Part shown: positions 1 to 13,059 of the stretch, one piece after another
Layout of the letters: each line of letters begins with the position of its first letter
Numbering within the stretch: position 1 is the stretch's first letter
Assembly: GCA_951406725.2 (NCBI GenBank)
Contig: OX597825.1
Location: 79,608,001 to 79,672,000, forward strand
Source: Octopus vulgaris
Lineage: Eukaryota
Direction: 5' to 3'
DNA: 64,000 bases
Made by a program: the position numbers and the translations under genes
The notes under the pieces: generated by a model
Databases searched by the model: none
Told to the model about the DNA's origin: nothing
Seen by the model: the letters and a program-made list of their open reading frames with translations, nothing else

Positions 1-29
1 CTGCGAATCGTCATGAAATGAAATGACGA

Positions 30-370
30 AGTCAACATGGCGAAATTAACATGGCTGTAATAATTTCACTAGATTAATGTGTCTAGATTTAACATTAGAA
101 AATAATATAACGAGATTTAGTTGTCAAGATTATCATGACTAAAATAATTTGATTGAATTATCATGATTAATGTATCAAGTTTAACTTAGCTACATTAATA
201 TGGCAAGATTGCTATGATTAGATTAACATGACTAACGATATACGACGAGATTAACGTGACTAAATTACAGTGATAATTATACCATTAAATTGAAACGACG
301 AAATCAATATGAATAAATTAACATGTGTAGATTAAATTGACTAGATTAGCGCAACTAGATTAACCTGACT
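30..370 (+). repeat. Degenerate 14-bp minisatellite (consensus ~AGATTAACATGACT)
   Basis: Recurring in-phase units, e.g. aaattaacatgtgt/agattaaattgact/agattagcgcaact/agattaacctgact near 314-369. Confidence 0.65.
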
Positions 371-414
371 TATTGAATATGAATTAAAAAACCGAGCCGA
401 CGATGGAAATCTGT

Positions 415-760
415 GAGTGATCGTTGGACCTGCTACAAATAGCAGCGAAGTTTGTCTCAAATCATATCCCATCTTTTAGAAAATATCACAGATTGGATAA
501 TAAAATCCTGAATGTGTGAAAAATTGATGTGGCCAGGGCTAGAAAATCTATGCAGAGTCAAAAAACACATGAGGTTAGGTCCGACGCGGTCATTCAGCCT
601 GCTAGAAACAACAGCCAGATCTGGCATATTGTACACTCTATTGTTTTAAAAGGGTGGAGACACATGTAATGATGAGATCTTGACTGTACCTCTAGAACTA
701 GTACAGTTTTGACACTGAATCTGAATCAGCGTTGAGCTGGGATAAACAACAATAATAACG
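415..760. repeat. Old interspersed repeat family (core ctgctagaaatagcagccaaatct), two diverged copies
   Basis: Same core recurs near 3495, 5225, 11445, 43610, 46560, 53360, 53620 and 60775. Confidence 0.6.
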
Positions 761-854
761 ATAAGAACATTTTAAAGCAATGTTTGTGTTATGTATGTAT
801 GTATGTATGTATGTATGTATGTATGTATGTATGTATGTATGTATGTATCATTAA

Positions 855-1050
855 ACAGACGCCAGAGAGATCGGTGTGTTGGTCTGCGTCGTTAAAAACT
901 AGTGTTATTTAGTAAAATCGATGAAATGAGTACAGTGAACTTGCCGTGAGGAATGGAAAATCCAACGTTTCGGACAGAGTCCTTCTTCAAAGAACAGTTG
1001 ACAGGAGAAAATTAATGATTCACAACTGAGTTTTACATCCTCTAACTTTA
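855..1050 (-). mobile_element. Probable Penelope-like pLTR fragment with degenerate hammerhead motif (961-993)
   Basis: Homologous to 7475-7670. Minus strand reads tct-ttgaaga-a-ggac-tct-gtcc-gaaac-gtt-gga. Confidence 0.55.
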
Positions 1051-1599
1051 AAAAAAACTGGTGCAGGTGGTTTAAAAATTGTCGTGGCTGTGTGATAAGA
1101 ACCTTACTTCCCATGTGCTGGGTTACATGATACATATACATATATATTTTTCTATCTGCTCAGTTACGGGTTACAAAGGGATCCAACATAAATTAAGGTA
1201 GGGACTGGTCATGCATATGAACATACACACACACACACACACACACACAGACAAATTTAGATACAATACGTCCCACCAAAACCTACTCACAAAACATTGA
1301 TGATCAACCAAGGGCTATTGTAAAAGACACTATTCCACAGTGGAACGCAGTGGATTCGAACCAAGAACTACGTGGTTGCCCAGCAAACTTGCTAACCACA
1401 TGACTATTTCTACGCATGCATTAAATTAATTAGTTAACTTAATCATATCACAGTAGACATGTTAATGTTGTCACAAGTTAACCTAAATATGCTAATAATA
1501 TAATTATCATAATTCAGTCATGTTAATTTATGTTAATGTAAACAGAAGTAAATCAGGGAGTGAACGTTAAAAACGTAACAAGAAATAAATATATTTGTC

Positions 1600-1817
1600 T
1601 TTTATCTTTTATTTATTTCAGTCATTGAATTGTGGCCATGCTGGAGCACCGCCTTGCCAAGAGCAGTCGAGCGAATCGAACGCCGGTACTTACTTTTAAG
1701 TCTAATATTTATTCTGTCGATCTCTTTGGCTGAACTGCTAGATTACGGGGGCTGGGGGTAGCTACACAAACACGCACTCATGTTACATATCTATCTATGT
1801 CTGTCTATCTATCTATA

Positions 1818-1876
<59 letters not shown>

Positions 1877-2080
1877 ATATATATATATATACATACACAC
1901 AGATATTATGTATACATACATACATGTGTGTGTGTATATATATATATATGATAGACGGCCTTCCACTCACTTTCCGTCACCCAAATTTCCTTATAAGGTA
2001 TTGGTCGGCACTGGGCTGAAGTAGAAAACTCTTGCTTAAGTTGAACCAGAGACCACTAGTTTCTTAACCACACAACCGTT
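1600..2080 (-). mobile_element. SINE family B (diverged), with internal microsatellite
   Basis: Tail cagtcattgaattgtggccatgctggagcaccgcctt, body similar to 25100-25509. Confidence 0.75.
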
Positions 2081-2202
2081 ACCAGTGAAGAAAGAAATAT
2101 ACCCAATGAAGCGCGTATATTTCTTTCTTCACAATATTAATTATCAACTAACATTTTGAATCCCGTTTTTTTCTTTTGTTTTGCAGCAAGTACAAGAAAC
2201 AA

Positions 2203-2245
2203 CTCTGGACATGTTTCGTTTTTGTTACAACCTCATCAGCGAAGC
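2203..2245 (-). ncRNA. Hammerhead-ribozyme-like motif (minimal type I, palindromic stem III)
   Basis: Minus strand cttcg-CTGATGA-ggttgtaacaaaaac-GAAAC-at-GTC-cagag. Core is canonical, stems I and II are imperfect. Confidence 0.5.
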
Positions 2246-3137
2246 GTATTTACCGTGTTTGCCTAATTAGTGATGGAAAGAATCGCCAAGCGAGCGTGTA
2301 AGGCAGAACTAAAACCCGCGTTCATGTGATATCACATGAACACTATACATATATTTAGAAGGTTCCATGACGCTCCCTCTCTCACACACACACACACACA
2401 CACACTCACACTCACACACACTCACATATATATCGAGTTTTTCAACTTAACAAAGGCTACACATCTTTACCTCTCTGTCACTTTGTCTCTTTGTTGCATT
2501 CTTTCAAGTCCAAGCTTCTAAGGTTACACTGACATAACCGATTTGTCTATTTAGTAATTCAACCACGCTAAAATAATATTACTGAAATAAAACACACTCT
2601 CAGCGATTATCTCAAGACAAGATTCAACTCCAGGGTACCGTCCCACCCATGCCCTGTCCTTTGGTTTTTATTGTGTGTGCGTGTTTTTTGTATTTTTTTA
2701 ATCCCCTCAAAATTTTACTACCATACTAGTCTCATAACGAAACAACTGAGAGCTCTACTACTACTACTATTATTATCACCACCACCACCACTACCACTAC
2801 CACCACCACCACCACCACCACCACCACCACCAAAAACAACCACAACAACATCGTCACTACAAACACCGCCACCACCACCACTACTACTACCACCACCACC
2901 ACCACCATCACAACTACTACTACTACTACTACTTGTGCCTGTATACCAAATAACACCACAACCACCACCGCCATATTTAAAGCCCCACTGTCCTTTCTAT
3001 TGTCCTGAATGTTCTTGGCGGCCCTTTTGGCCAATTAGGAAAGGACTATTATTATTATTATTATAATTAATTACTATTATCATTATTATAGTTATTGTTG
3101 TTTTTAGTGGTGGTGGTGATATTTCAGCTGTTTCCAA

Positions 3138-3365
3138 TGGCGGCGAGCTGGCAGAATTGTTCGGACGCCGAACAAAACGCTTAGCGACATTTCGTCCGTT
3201 TTTATGTTCTGAGTTCAAATTCCACCGAGGTCGACTCTGCCTTACATCGTTTCGGGGTCGATAAAATAAGTACCAGTGAGATATTGGGGGGACGGGAGGT
3301 CAGTGTAATCGACTAATCCCTCTTTCCCCAAATTCCAGGCCTTGTGCTTATAGTAGAAAAGATTA
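3138..3365 (+). mobile_element. SINE family A (variant tail)
   Basis: Head ggcggcgagctggcagaa, B-box-like gagttcaaattcc, central ggggtcgataaaataagtaccag. Confidence 0.85.
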
Positions 3366-3367
3366 TT

Positions 3368-3420
<53 letters not shown>

Positions 3421-3644
3421 GGTGGTGGTGGTGGTGGTGGTGGTGGTGGTGTAGGAAGTGGAGGAGGAGGAGTTGGTAACGTGTTCGCTCGATTTGCTAG
3501 AAATATCAACCAAGTCTTTCAGATCCCGCCGCTAGCATGTTGGAAAAGGAAGGTGGATAATAAAACCCTAGGTGAGCTGTGAAACGGGTACACTGGGAAT
3601 GCCTTTAGCCATAGATCTGACTGATCATTGCTGACCCGACGTTA

Positions 3645-3693
3645 AACAACAACAGCTGCTGCTGCTACTACTACTACTACTACTACAACAACA

Positions 3694-3767
<74 letters not shown>

Positions 3768-3793
3768 CACCACCACCACTACTACTACTACTG

Positions 3794-3837
<44 letters not shown>

Positions 3838-3887
3838 GCTGCCACTACTACTACTACTGCTGCCACTGCTGCTGCTGCTGCTGCTGC
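3645..3887 (+). repeat. Compound (ACT/ACC/GCT)n microsatellite
   Basis: Direct reading. Confidence 0.95.
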
Positions 3888-4775
3888 AAATACTGTAACA
3901 ATCCCAGCTTCCCTCCCCAGGGACAGCAAATGTGCTGTGGGATTTCTTCGGCCCACGTTAATAAAAAACGGAAACGAAAGCAGCAGACGATTTTCGAGTC
4001 ATCAGAGAATTGTTGGTCTTAGATATTGGAAAACATTAAGAGCGTAAAATTTGATTATTGTTCTCTTTAATAACATTAAAAGCGTAGACAAGGGTGGGCG
4101 AAATATTTTGCAGGATGGAGGGCAGGGAGATTTTAAGGTTTGTGGGTGACAGATGTGTTCTTTCGCTATTTAATTTTAATATCTTTTTTTTTTTTTATGG
4201 GTTGAAAATAGTTCCGCTTTCCAAACAATCCTTTGATAAAATAAGATAAAATTAAAATAAAATTAAAATAAAATAAAGTAAGAAAATAATTGTATCACAT
4301 GGCAAGTTTTTGTGAATTTTTCTTTAAAAAAAAAGGGTTTGTCATAATTTCATATCCCCACACACAAACACATAATACATACATTCATACATACATGCAT
4401 ACATACATTCATACATACATACATACATACACCATACTTATATACATACATACATACATACATACATACGTACATACATACATACATATACACACGCACA
4501 CATACACATACATGCAAATATGCAGGCATACATACATATATGAATACGTACTTATACGTACACACACGGATACATAGATGCACGCATACATACAGGAACA
4601 AATACATATACGTACATACATGCCTGCATACATACAAACACGTGCCCACACATATGCACTCATACATTCGCAAGTTTATGTATACACACACACACATGCA
4701 TACATAAATGCTTAAATACATACACGTACACACATGTACATATGTACCTGCTTACGTACATGCACACATACACAT

Positions 4776-4854
<79 letters not shown>

Positions 4855-5400
4855 CAACCTTATATAATTTGTATGCATACATACATACGCACATACATGT
4901 ACAGTGGTGTGCGGTGTCTTCGGCAAGTCTTTCATCAAAAGCCATCGGTGTCTATCAAGTAGCTATTTCTAGAAACCCTGTGAAACCCCGTCAGAGGGAT
5001 TGCCCCCATCTTTTGATTACAGACCTAATCCTTTGTCCAATTTAACTCCGCCATCCGGTTCTCGGATGTTATTGGCAGGGTTTATTCTGTTCCAAGCCAT
5101 CGAACTTCGCCTCCTGTTCAAGAATAATCTCTCCGATCCTCCCGTTCATTAAGGGGTCTCTGAAAAGGGTTATCATAGGTACCTTTTCTCCTCTGACTAA
5201 ACGACATTTGAAAAGAAATATTCTAACAAATAGCAACCAAATCTCCCTCAAATTACACTTCGAAAGCCTTAGCTGCTCCTTTTAAAAGATGGGTTGGTCA
5301 CGTCTGATATTCTTTTGATCATTCACAGGCCTGCTGCATTAAGACAATCACTGGGTTAAATAAAATAACATAAATAAGAATGTATGTATATATGTATGTG

Positions 5401-5469
<69 letters not shown>

Positions 5470-5499
5470 GTCTATCTATCTATCTATATCCGTTTTTTT

Positions 5500-5652
5500 T
5501 TGTTCTCAGTTTTTTCACTTACATCGCTTTCTGTCGAAGAGCGTAGGTACGAAACGTGAAAGACTTTTTCATTCTTCCCGAACGTCAAACTAATATACCT
5601 GCTAGTTGTTCCCTCACTTGCCTTCGTCTTTTGTTTTCTGTAACTTTTAACT
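5500..5652 (+). mobile_element. Probable Penelope-like pLTR repeat with hammerhead-variant motif (5527-5562)
   Basis: cttt-CTGTCGA-agag-cgtagg-tac-GAAAC-gtg-aaag. Same family at 41810-42000 and 58236-58420, ends in (TA)n. Confidence 0.6.
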
Positions 5653-5664
5653 ATATATATATAT

Positions 5665-6448
5665 CATTGGCGACTCCGGCAGTCGGGCTGTTCGGGTTTA
5701 GCCCGAGTATAAATTTAGTAAAGTGAACGTGTATTTGCAATCTGATTTAATTTCTGCCAACACTGACTTCAAGTACATAACTGCAGCCAATAATTCAGGC
5801 TCCTTTTATTGAGTCTGGTCGCTGTTCATTTATTTTCATCCAGCGTCTGCCGCTTGTCTTAGTGGTGTCCTGTGTAAAAAAATATCATTCGTAGCAGACG
5901 TTCTCTGAACATCGTTTACACGCGCCTGAGTCGGGCTCAGAAGTTACAGCCCGAGTTGTTATCTATAATCATAAAAATCAAAAGTAATTTAAATTCAATA
6001 TTTTCTTGAAACAATAGATTTCTATAGAGATTAGGATTTAAATTCCAATCTATGAAAAGTTCCCGTTCTACAATATTCTTAAAGGAACGAAAAATTATCC
6101 AGCAACTCGGGCTAATACGAACGAGCCTGGTGGGTGTAAAAGACTAACTGGCTTCTCTTGTCAAGAGAACAGACGACAGTCAGATCGCTGTTGTTTGTTG
6201 TGTCCTCTGCTGTCATTATTGCTGTTATTCTGTGCGTCTGTGTGTAAAGATCAGTTGTGCTTTGCAGGGTTGCTTTATTTTCACCTTTAACTTAGAAATG
6301 GACAAAGACATTGTGCTAGATATAAAAAAAATAAGCCGTTTGGGACTAGAAATAATGCGGAAAAACGTGAAATTCTTCGAGCAGGCATGAGTCTTATACG
6401 ACATCTGTGATGAGCCCGAATGACGACCTGTGATAACCTGGAATCTCA

Positions 6449-6452
<4 letters not shown>
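5665..6452. mobile_element. Possible hAT-like non-autonomous DNA element
   Basis: Bounded by (TA)n, weak terminal similarity (cattggcgactccgg / rc cagatgagattccagg), repeated AGCCCGA/TCGGGCT motifs. Confidence 0.4.
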
Positions 6453-6500
<48 letters not shown>

Positions 6501-6596
6501 CTTTAGTAGTGGCGGTTTATTTAATTTATATTAAAATTTTATGTATTGATTAAGTCTTTCCTTGTTTGGTTTTAAAATAGTGGTTTTGTCTCGAAT

Positions 6597-6639
<43 letters not shown>

Positions 6640-6641
<2 letters not shown>

Positions 6642-6932
6642 AGTTCGAATCCCAGACCGGGCTGCGTGTTGTGTTCTTGAGCAAAGCACTTTATTTCACG
6701 TTGCTCCAGTTCACTCAGCTGTAGAAATGAGTTGCGACGTCACTGGTGCCAAGCTGTATCGACCTTTGTCTTTCCCTTGAATAAAACTGGTGGCGTGGAG
6801 AGGGGAGGCCGGTATGCATGGGCGACTACTGGTCTTCCATAAAAACAACCTTGCCCAGACTTGTGCCTCAGAGGGTAACTCTCTAGGTGCAAACCCATGG
6901 TCACTCATGACCGAAGGGGTCTTTACCCTTTA
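6640..6932 (+). mobile_element. SINE family C (5'-truncated, V-domain-like centre)
   Basis: B box gagttcgaatccc, then gtgttcttgagcaaagcactt...cactcagctgtagaaatgagt, tail tttaccctt, inserted in (TA)n. Confidence 0.75.
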
Positions 6933-6942
6933 TATATATATG

Positions 6943-7009
<67 letters not shown>

Positions 7010-7012
<3 letters not shown>

Positions 7013-7410
7013 GGACGTGCCGCCTGGATAGGCAAGGTAAGTAGTGCCTACCCTGAATAAAATAGATCGATAGTAACATTTTCCTTTTATGGCAAAATAT
7101 GTACTGAATTCAATAAAACTATTAAGGTTGCTCTGATTACTATGCATAAAATACTAAATATTTTTTGGGTAGGTTAGGTAGGCATAATTCACCCCTGCTT
7201 TTCAATCTCAGTATTCAAGCTACGCATAATACTGCTGTGGTACACATGCTGCGTACATTCCTACATCAACGTTTTCTTTACGTGCTATAAAGGCAGAAGT
7301 AAATATACCTCAACTCAATCGCGCGCCTGTTTCGCTTATTTTTTTGTGCGTTTTGCCACATAAACGTCACCAACTGCCCACCCTGATTAATTACTGACGG
7401 CGCGTGCCTG
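7010..7410. mobile_element. hAT-like MITE
   Basis: TIRs cagggacgtgccgcc / rc caggcacgcgccgtc. Flanks atatatat/atttatat are compatible with an 8-bp TSD. Confidence 0.6.
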
Positions 7411-7440
7411 ATTTATATATATATGTGTGTGTGAGTGATT

Positions 7441-7474
<34 letters not shown>

Positions 7475-7475
<1 letters not shown>

Positions 7476-7720
7476 TGACCAGACTTCAAAGACACTGGTG
7501 TTGGTCTGCGTCAGCAAGACTTGTATTATTTAATAAAATCAATAAAAAGGAGTACAGTGAACTTGCTGTAGAATAGGAAATCCACTGTTTCGGAGATAGT
7601 CCTTCTTCAGGGAAAAGTTGACAAGAAAGAAATCAATGAGAGACAGCAGAGTTTTACGACCTCAAAGTTAGGAAAATTGGCAGCAACTTTCCCTATAGAA
7701 GGATTCTCCACTGCATGTTA
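7475..7720 (-). mobile_element. Probable Penelope-like pLTR fragment with hammerhead-like motif (7581-7613)
   Basis: Minus strand tcc-CTGAAGA-a-gga-ctatc-tcc-GAAAC-agt-gga. Paralog of 855-1050. Confidence 0.55.
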
Positions 7721-7910
7721 ACTGTACTCTTTTTAAAGTTGTTACAAAATAGTATATGTGCGTATGTATGTATATATATATATGTGCACTCATTCGCACA
7801 TACACATATATACGCATCCAAATATATATACACATTTCGGACGCACATACATTCATTCATATATACCTGTACACATGCGCGCACACAAATACTCATATGC
7901 ACGAACATGT

Positions 7911-8011
<101 letters not shown>

Positions 8012-8378
8012 TATTTATTTAAAAAGTTGTCACTGTTTTTAATCTATTATTTACTCTTTTCAAAAAACCGACGAGATCGAATTTGCCATTCATCCTTTCG
8101 GGTTCGATAAAATAAGCACCAGTTGAACACTGGGGTCAGAGTAATCGACTTACCACCTCCTCCCAAATTGCTGGCCTTGTGCCAAAATTTGGAACCAATA
8201 TTTACCCCCTTCCTTTTTCTTCGTACAGAAAACCATATAAAACTTAGATTTATCCACGAACAAAAAATACCCGTATCTGAGATTTCCCTGAGTTTAAGTA
8301 GGAGCGAGCCAAGAAAGGAGATTCCCAAAAACTGAAAGCTGTAATGGAGGAGTAGTTGTAGACAGAAGAAACACATAA

Positions 8379-8465
8379 AGTTGAGTAGGAGTGTTAGTTG
8401 AGTAGGAGTGTTAGTTGAGTAGGAGTGTTAGTTGAGTAGGAGTGTTAGTTGAGTAGGAGTGTTAG
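8379..8465 (+). repeat. Perfect 17-bp tandem repeat x5 (AGTTGAGTAGGAGTGTT)
   Basis: Five identical units counted. Confidence 0.97.
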
Positions 8466-8864
8466 AGCAACATTCTAAAATATGCCAGCTTGTGGCGTCA
8501 AATTGTTTTTCCTTCTACTTCGGTTTTTTTTTTTAACACAGAGAGGCACACATACGTACTCACACACAGAGGCACGCACGTGTACACATGCAGAAAGGTG
8601 AACATGTACCCACGCACAGAGGCTGGCGCACATATACATATAGACACACATGCACACAACATGCACGTACACACACAAACACACACACTCGCAGAAACAC
8701 ACATATGTCCCATATTTTTGGTTTGCTCTTTTACTGTTCCAGGGTCTTAGCCAAGCATATAAACCGAGTAATTTTTAGTCTGGTGAACGATATTTATGTG
8801 TCGCACGTCTAGGTAACGGGATATAAGCAGAAACACGTACAAACACAACGCAACACACACACAC

Positions 8865-8954
<90 letters not shown>

Positions 8955-9206
8955 GACACCCACGCACACACACATTATCAGACTCACGATGATGTAAAAA
9001 TTATACATACACACATAAATATATATATATAGCCTTCGACTTTTCTGTGCAGAAGGGTTTTTATGCCCAATAGTTACTATGCTTTCATTTAGAGTTTTAT
9101 ATGCTTCGAGATCCACTATTCCAAACAATAATTATTTCATGTTGTCGCGAAAGTTTATTAATTCTTGTGACGTCAATAATAGTTGTGTGTATGTACATGT
9201 ATATAT

Positions 9207-9263
<57 letters not shown>

Positions 9264-10294
9264 ATTTACGGAAACAGTCGAAGTATCCTTTGTACATTTG
9301 GCCTGAAATTTCGGGAAGGGGACTAGTCGATTATATCGACCCCCGTCTGTAAATGGTACCTAGTTTATCGACCCCGGCGGAATTTGAACTCAGAACGTAA
9401 AGACGAACGAAATGCCGCTTATCATTTTGTCCGGCGTGCTAACAATTCTGTGGGATAGAGTACTCAAGCACACCTTCTAACGGGTGCAGTCATGAGGAAC
9501 TGTCTCCAACTGATCGGGCTAGACTCTCAAGAAAAATCAACTGAGCTCATTAATGTCAGCCAACCGTCTTGTCCCGTGATCTACGGCATTTGTATAGATC
9601 AAATATGCCCCAAGCATATTTGATCTGAGCTAAGTCGCTCACTGATTTCTGGTTTCTACGTCATATATTAACAACGGTACACGTTCATGATTTTCTTTGC
9701 AATGGCGCTGACAAAGGTGTCAAGCGGGCATAAATTTTTATGGACATTAAAGGTGTGGCTTACGTAGGTTGATAAAATAAAGTACCAGTAAAATACTGGT
9801 GTTGATTTTATCGCGTAACTTCACTCACCTAAAACATGGATGACATTGTACGAACGAAAAAAATCATCAACATCATCATCATCATCGTTATTAAGGCGGT
9901 ATAAACATACACACTCATATATGCAATATTTGTGTGTGTATGTGTGTGCATATACGAGGCTAAGGTGTAGAAGATTAAAAAAAAAACATTGGAGTGAATT
10001 CCGCAAAGCAGGATGGAAACCAGGGTACGTGGTTGTAAAAAGAAATTATTTACCGCTCTATATACCGTGTTCACAGACAGCTTTGCACTGTACAGACATA
10101 TAACATATTTAAAAACCGCATCATCAAAACAGGGCCGGAGCTTCAGACTCAGAAGTACTTAAGACCCTTATACCTTTTGGCCCTTTTCAAAGCTTAAGGC
10201 TAAGGGTGCGAAAATAGTGGAGTACTGCTACCATACCTGGGATACGGTACACCTGCTACATATATATATATATATAATATATTCTTTTTTTCTT

Positions 10295-10703
10295 TGATAC
10301 ATTTACTCGTTGCAGCCATTTGACTGCGGCCATGCTGGAGCACCGCCTTTAGTCGAGCAATTCGACCCCAGAACTTATTCTTAGTAAGCCCAGTACTTAA
10401 TCTATCGGTGTCTTTTGCTGAGCCGCTTAGTTACGGGGCCCTAAACACACCAGCATCGGTTGTCAAGCGATGTTGGGGTGGGGATGGTGACAAACACAGA
10501 CACACAAACATACACACACACACATATATATATATATGTATGCATTTATGTATGTATGTATCTATACATATATATGACGTGCTACTTTCAGTTTCCGTCT
10601 ACCAAAGCCATTTACAAGGCTTTGGTCGGCCCGAGGCTATAGTAGAAGACAGTTGCCCAAGGTGCCACGCAGTGGGACTGAACCCGGAACCATGTGGTTG
10701 GTA
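10295..10703 (-). mobile_element. SINE family B
   Basis: Reverse complement of the 25100-25509 family, 5' head truncated. Confidence 0.9.
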
Positions 10704-10949
10704 AATATATATATATATATATAGATATATATATATATATATATATGCAGAAAGAGGAAGAGAAAAAGGAGAGGTGGGGGTGGGGTTGAGCATTCTAGAC
10801 TTCGACCGAAGAAAAGACCCTTTCCCAGGCCCTATATTAGCCGCTACATCCAGTCCTTCTGCCTCATGCTGTTACGCTTTTCGGAGTTCCCGCTCTCCAT
10901 ACGTCTGTCTTGCTGCTTTTCGGCACATAATCGAGATTGTTAACACAAG

Positions 10950-10986
<37 letters not shown>

Positions 10987-11745
10987 GCGAGCGCGCGTAG
11001 GACAAATATATAGTCTTACATCTAAGACAGCGCTACTCCTACACATATTTGGAAATCCTAAACGTCATCCAAACAGGAAAGTCCCAGACTCCTCATCTTC
11101 TGGGCAGTCAACGACCAAGGTGTGCCCTGCTGCATCAGCGCGTATATTCGCAAATCTCAGCAAGTTGTTTTCCTTTTTGATTTTGTGCGGAAGAATTAAC
11201 CGAAACCCTAAAAGAAAACCCTTAAAGTTACATAATATAATGTAATCCTAGATACATTTAGGCTGAAAATAAAATGTGATGGTCATGGATGGAGTACCTT
11301 TGGTGATAGATTTGCTCGATCAAAGCCGATCCGGTGTTTAAGAAAAAAAAAAAAACAAATTAAGAAACGCATGCAGGAATTTTAAGTGGGGGCAAAAGGG
11401 GTTCGCTAAAGGGTGCCCCTACATGGTTGATAGAGAATTTGCATTAGAGATAGCAGCCAAATTCCTCTCAAATCACACTTTATCGTAATAGATAATGCAG
11501 GTGAGATATTAGAGAGAAAAATTACTTGGATGGTGGTGATCCCTGCTGTACTGTTTCACCACAACTTTCTCTCAAGTTCAGGGCCAAAACAGCATGTGGG
11601 GGTTTCTTCTCTGAAGACACTCTGCTGTTTAGCACTCCCTTGAGTTTCTTACCATCTGTGTTTATTGATGTTTGCTTTTATGGATAGCCATGTATAAAAA
11701 CTGCCAACGGTTACTCAATGCATTTTAAGTAGATTACATTTTTTT

Positions 11746-11936
11746 TATAGTGGTTGTATACTGTCAACTTAACGTGACAGTAAGTGAATTACACCACCGC
11801 TGTTTAGCCCTAGGAAGCATCGACGCTTCATGTCGGCCTCGACACATTTCCTGTGTCCTTTTAGCTTCCTTGGGCTAAACAGCGGTGGTGTAATTCCCTT
11901 ACTGTCACGTTAAGTTGACAGTATACAACCACTATA
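11746..11936. mobile_element. Fold-back / MITE-like element with 73-bp inverted arms
   Basis: Arms 11746-11818 and 11864-11936 differ at 2 positions. The 45-bp spacer holds two mini-hairpins, ends are TA. Confidence 0.75.
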
Positions 11937-12078
11937 TCGCTCCACCACCGTACATATCTCTATGAGATATTTAGAAATTTAATATTTCTGATTTACATTT
12001 TTTTTATTACGAGGAAAAGGTTCACAGGGAATGTCTGGTGGAGCTACAGTCGACAGCGAAGTCACTGTCAATATTTTC

Positions 12079-12139
<61 letters not shown>

Positions 12140-12369
12140 CGGGCTTCCGCACAGTTTCTGTCTGTCAAATTCACTCACAAGGTACTTGTCCGACCGTGGC
12201 CGTAGCAGAATAGAAAATACTTGCTGAAGGCACCACACTTTGGGATTGAACCCGAAAACCACGTACCTGTGCTTACTGCGCCTACACACACATCTCACAC
12301 ATGCACACACATTGTATATTCTATATATAAAATCTATACCTATATCTATCTATCTATCTATCTATCTAA

Positions 12370-12441
<72 letters not shown>

Positions 12442-12823
12442 ACACTGTATATATATATATATAGCTGTGAGTGTATGTGTCTGTGTGTCTGTGTTTGCCC
12501 CGCAACACTGCTTGACAACCAGAGCTGGTGTGTTTACGTCCCCCCGTAACTTAGTAGTTCGGCAACAGGGGCCGATAGAATAAGTGCTAGTCTTAAAAAA
12601 AAAGAAAGAAATAAAGTTCTGGGGTCGATTCCAACGATTAAAAAATTTTCAAGGCGGTGCCCCAGCATGGCCGCCGTCTAATGATTGAAACAAGTAAAAG
12701 ATTAAAAAATACAAAAAAGACATAGTTACTATCACGGGTCTCCTAATGAGGACACGCCGAGGGCTAAACAAGAATAACAACAACAACAACGAGAGGTGAG
12801 TATGGAAAGGATTGTCAATAATG

Positions 12824-12856
<33 letters not shown>

Positions 12857-13020
12857 TATTTCTTTACTACCCACAAGGGGCTAAACACAGAGGGGACAAA
12901 AAAGGACAGACAAAGGGATTAAGTCGATTATATCGATCCCAGTGCGTAACTGGTACTTAATTTATCGACCCCGAAAGGATGAAAGGCAAAGTCGACCTCG
13001 GCGGAATTTGAACTCAGAAC
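12857..13020 (-). mobile_element. SINE family A (5'-truncated) in (AAT)n
   Basis: Matches 19237-19468 and 30541-30764. Confidence 0.9.
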
Positions 13021-13023
13021 ATA

Positions 13024-13054
<31 letters not shown>

Positions 13055-13059
13055 TATAT

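Noticed and set aside
2166-2300. Plus-strand exon after ttttgttttgcag (QVQETTLDMFRFCYNL...), sharing gcaagtacaagaaac with rc of ~15882-15896
   Set aside because: No recognisable protein, it overlaps an antisense hammerhead-like motif, and the 15-nt match does not extend
4900-5210. Complex sequence, possible exon or Gypsy integrase C-terminal remnant
   Set aside because: Frames are broken by stops and only a vague GPY/F-like resemblance is present
8379-8465. CRISPR-like array
   Set aside because: Units are contiguous with no spacers, the context is eukaryotic, and there are no cas genes
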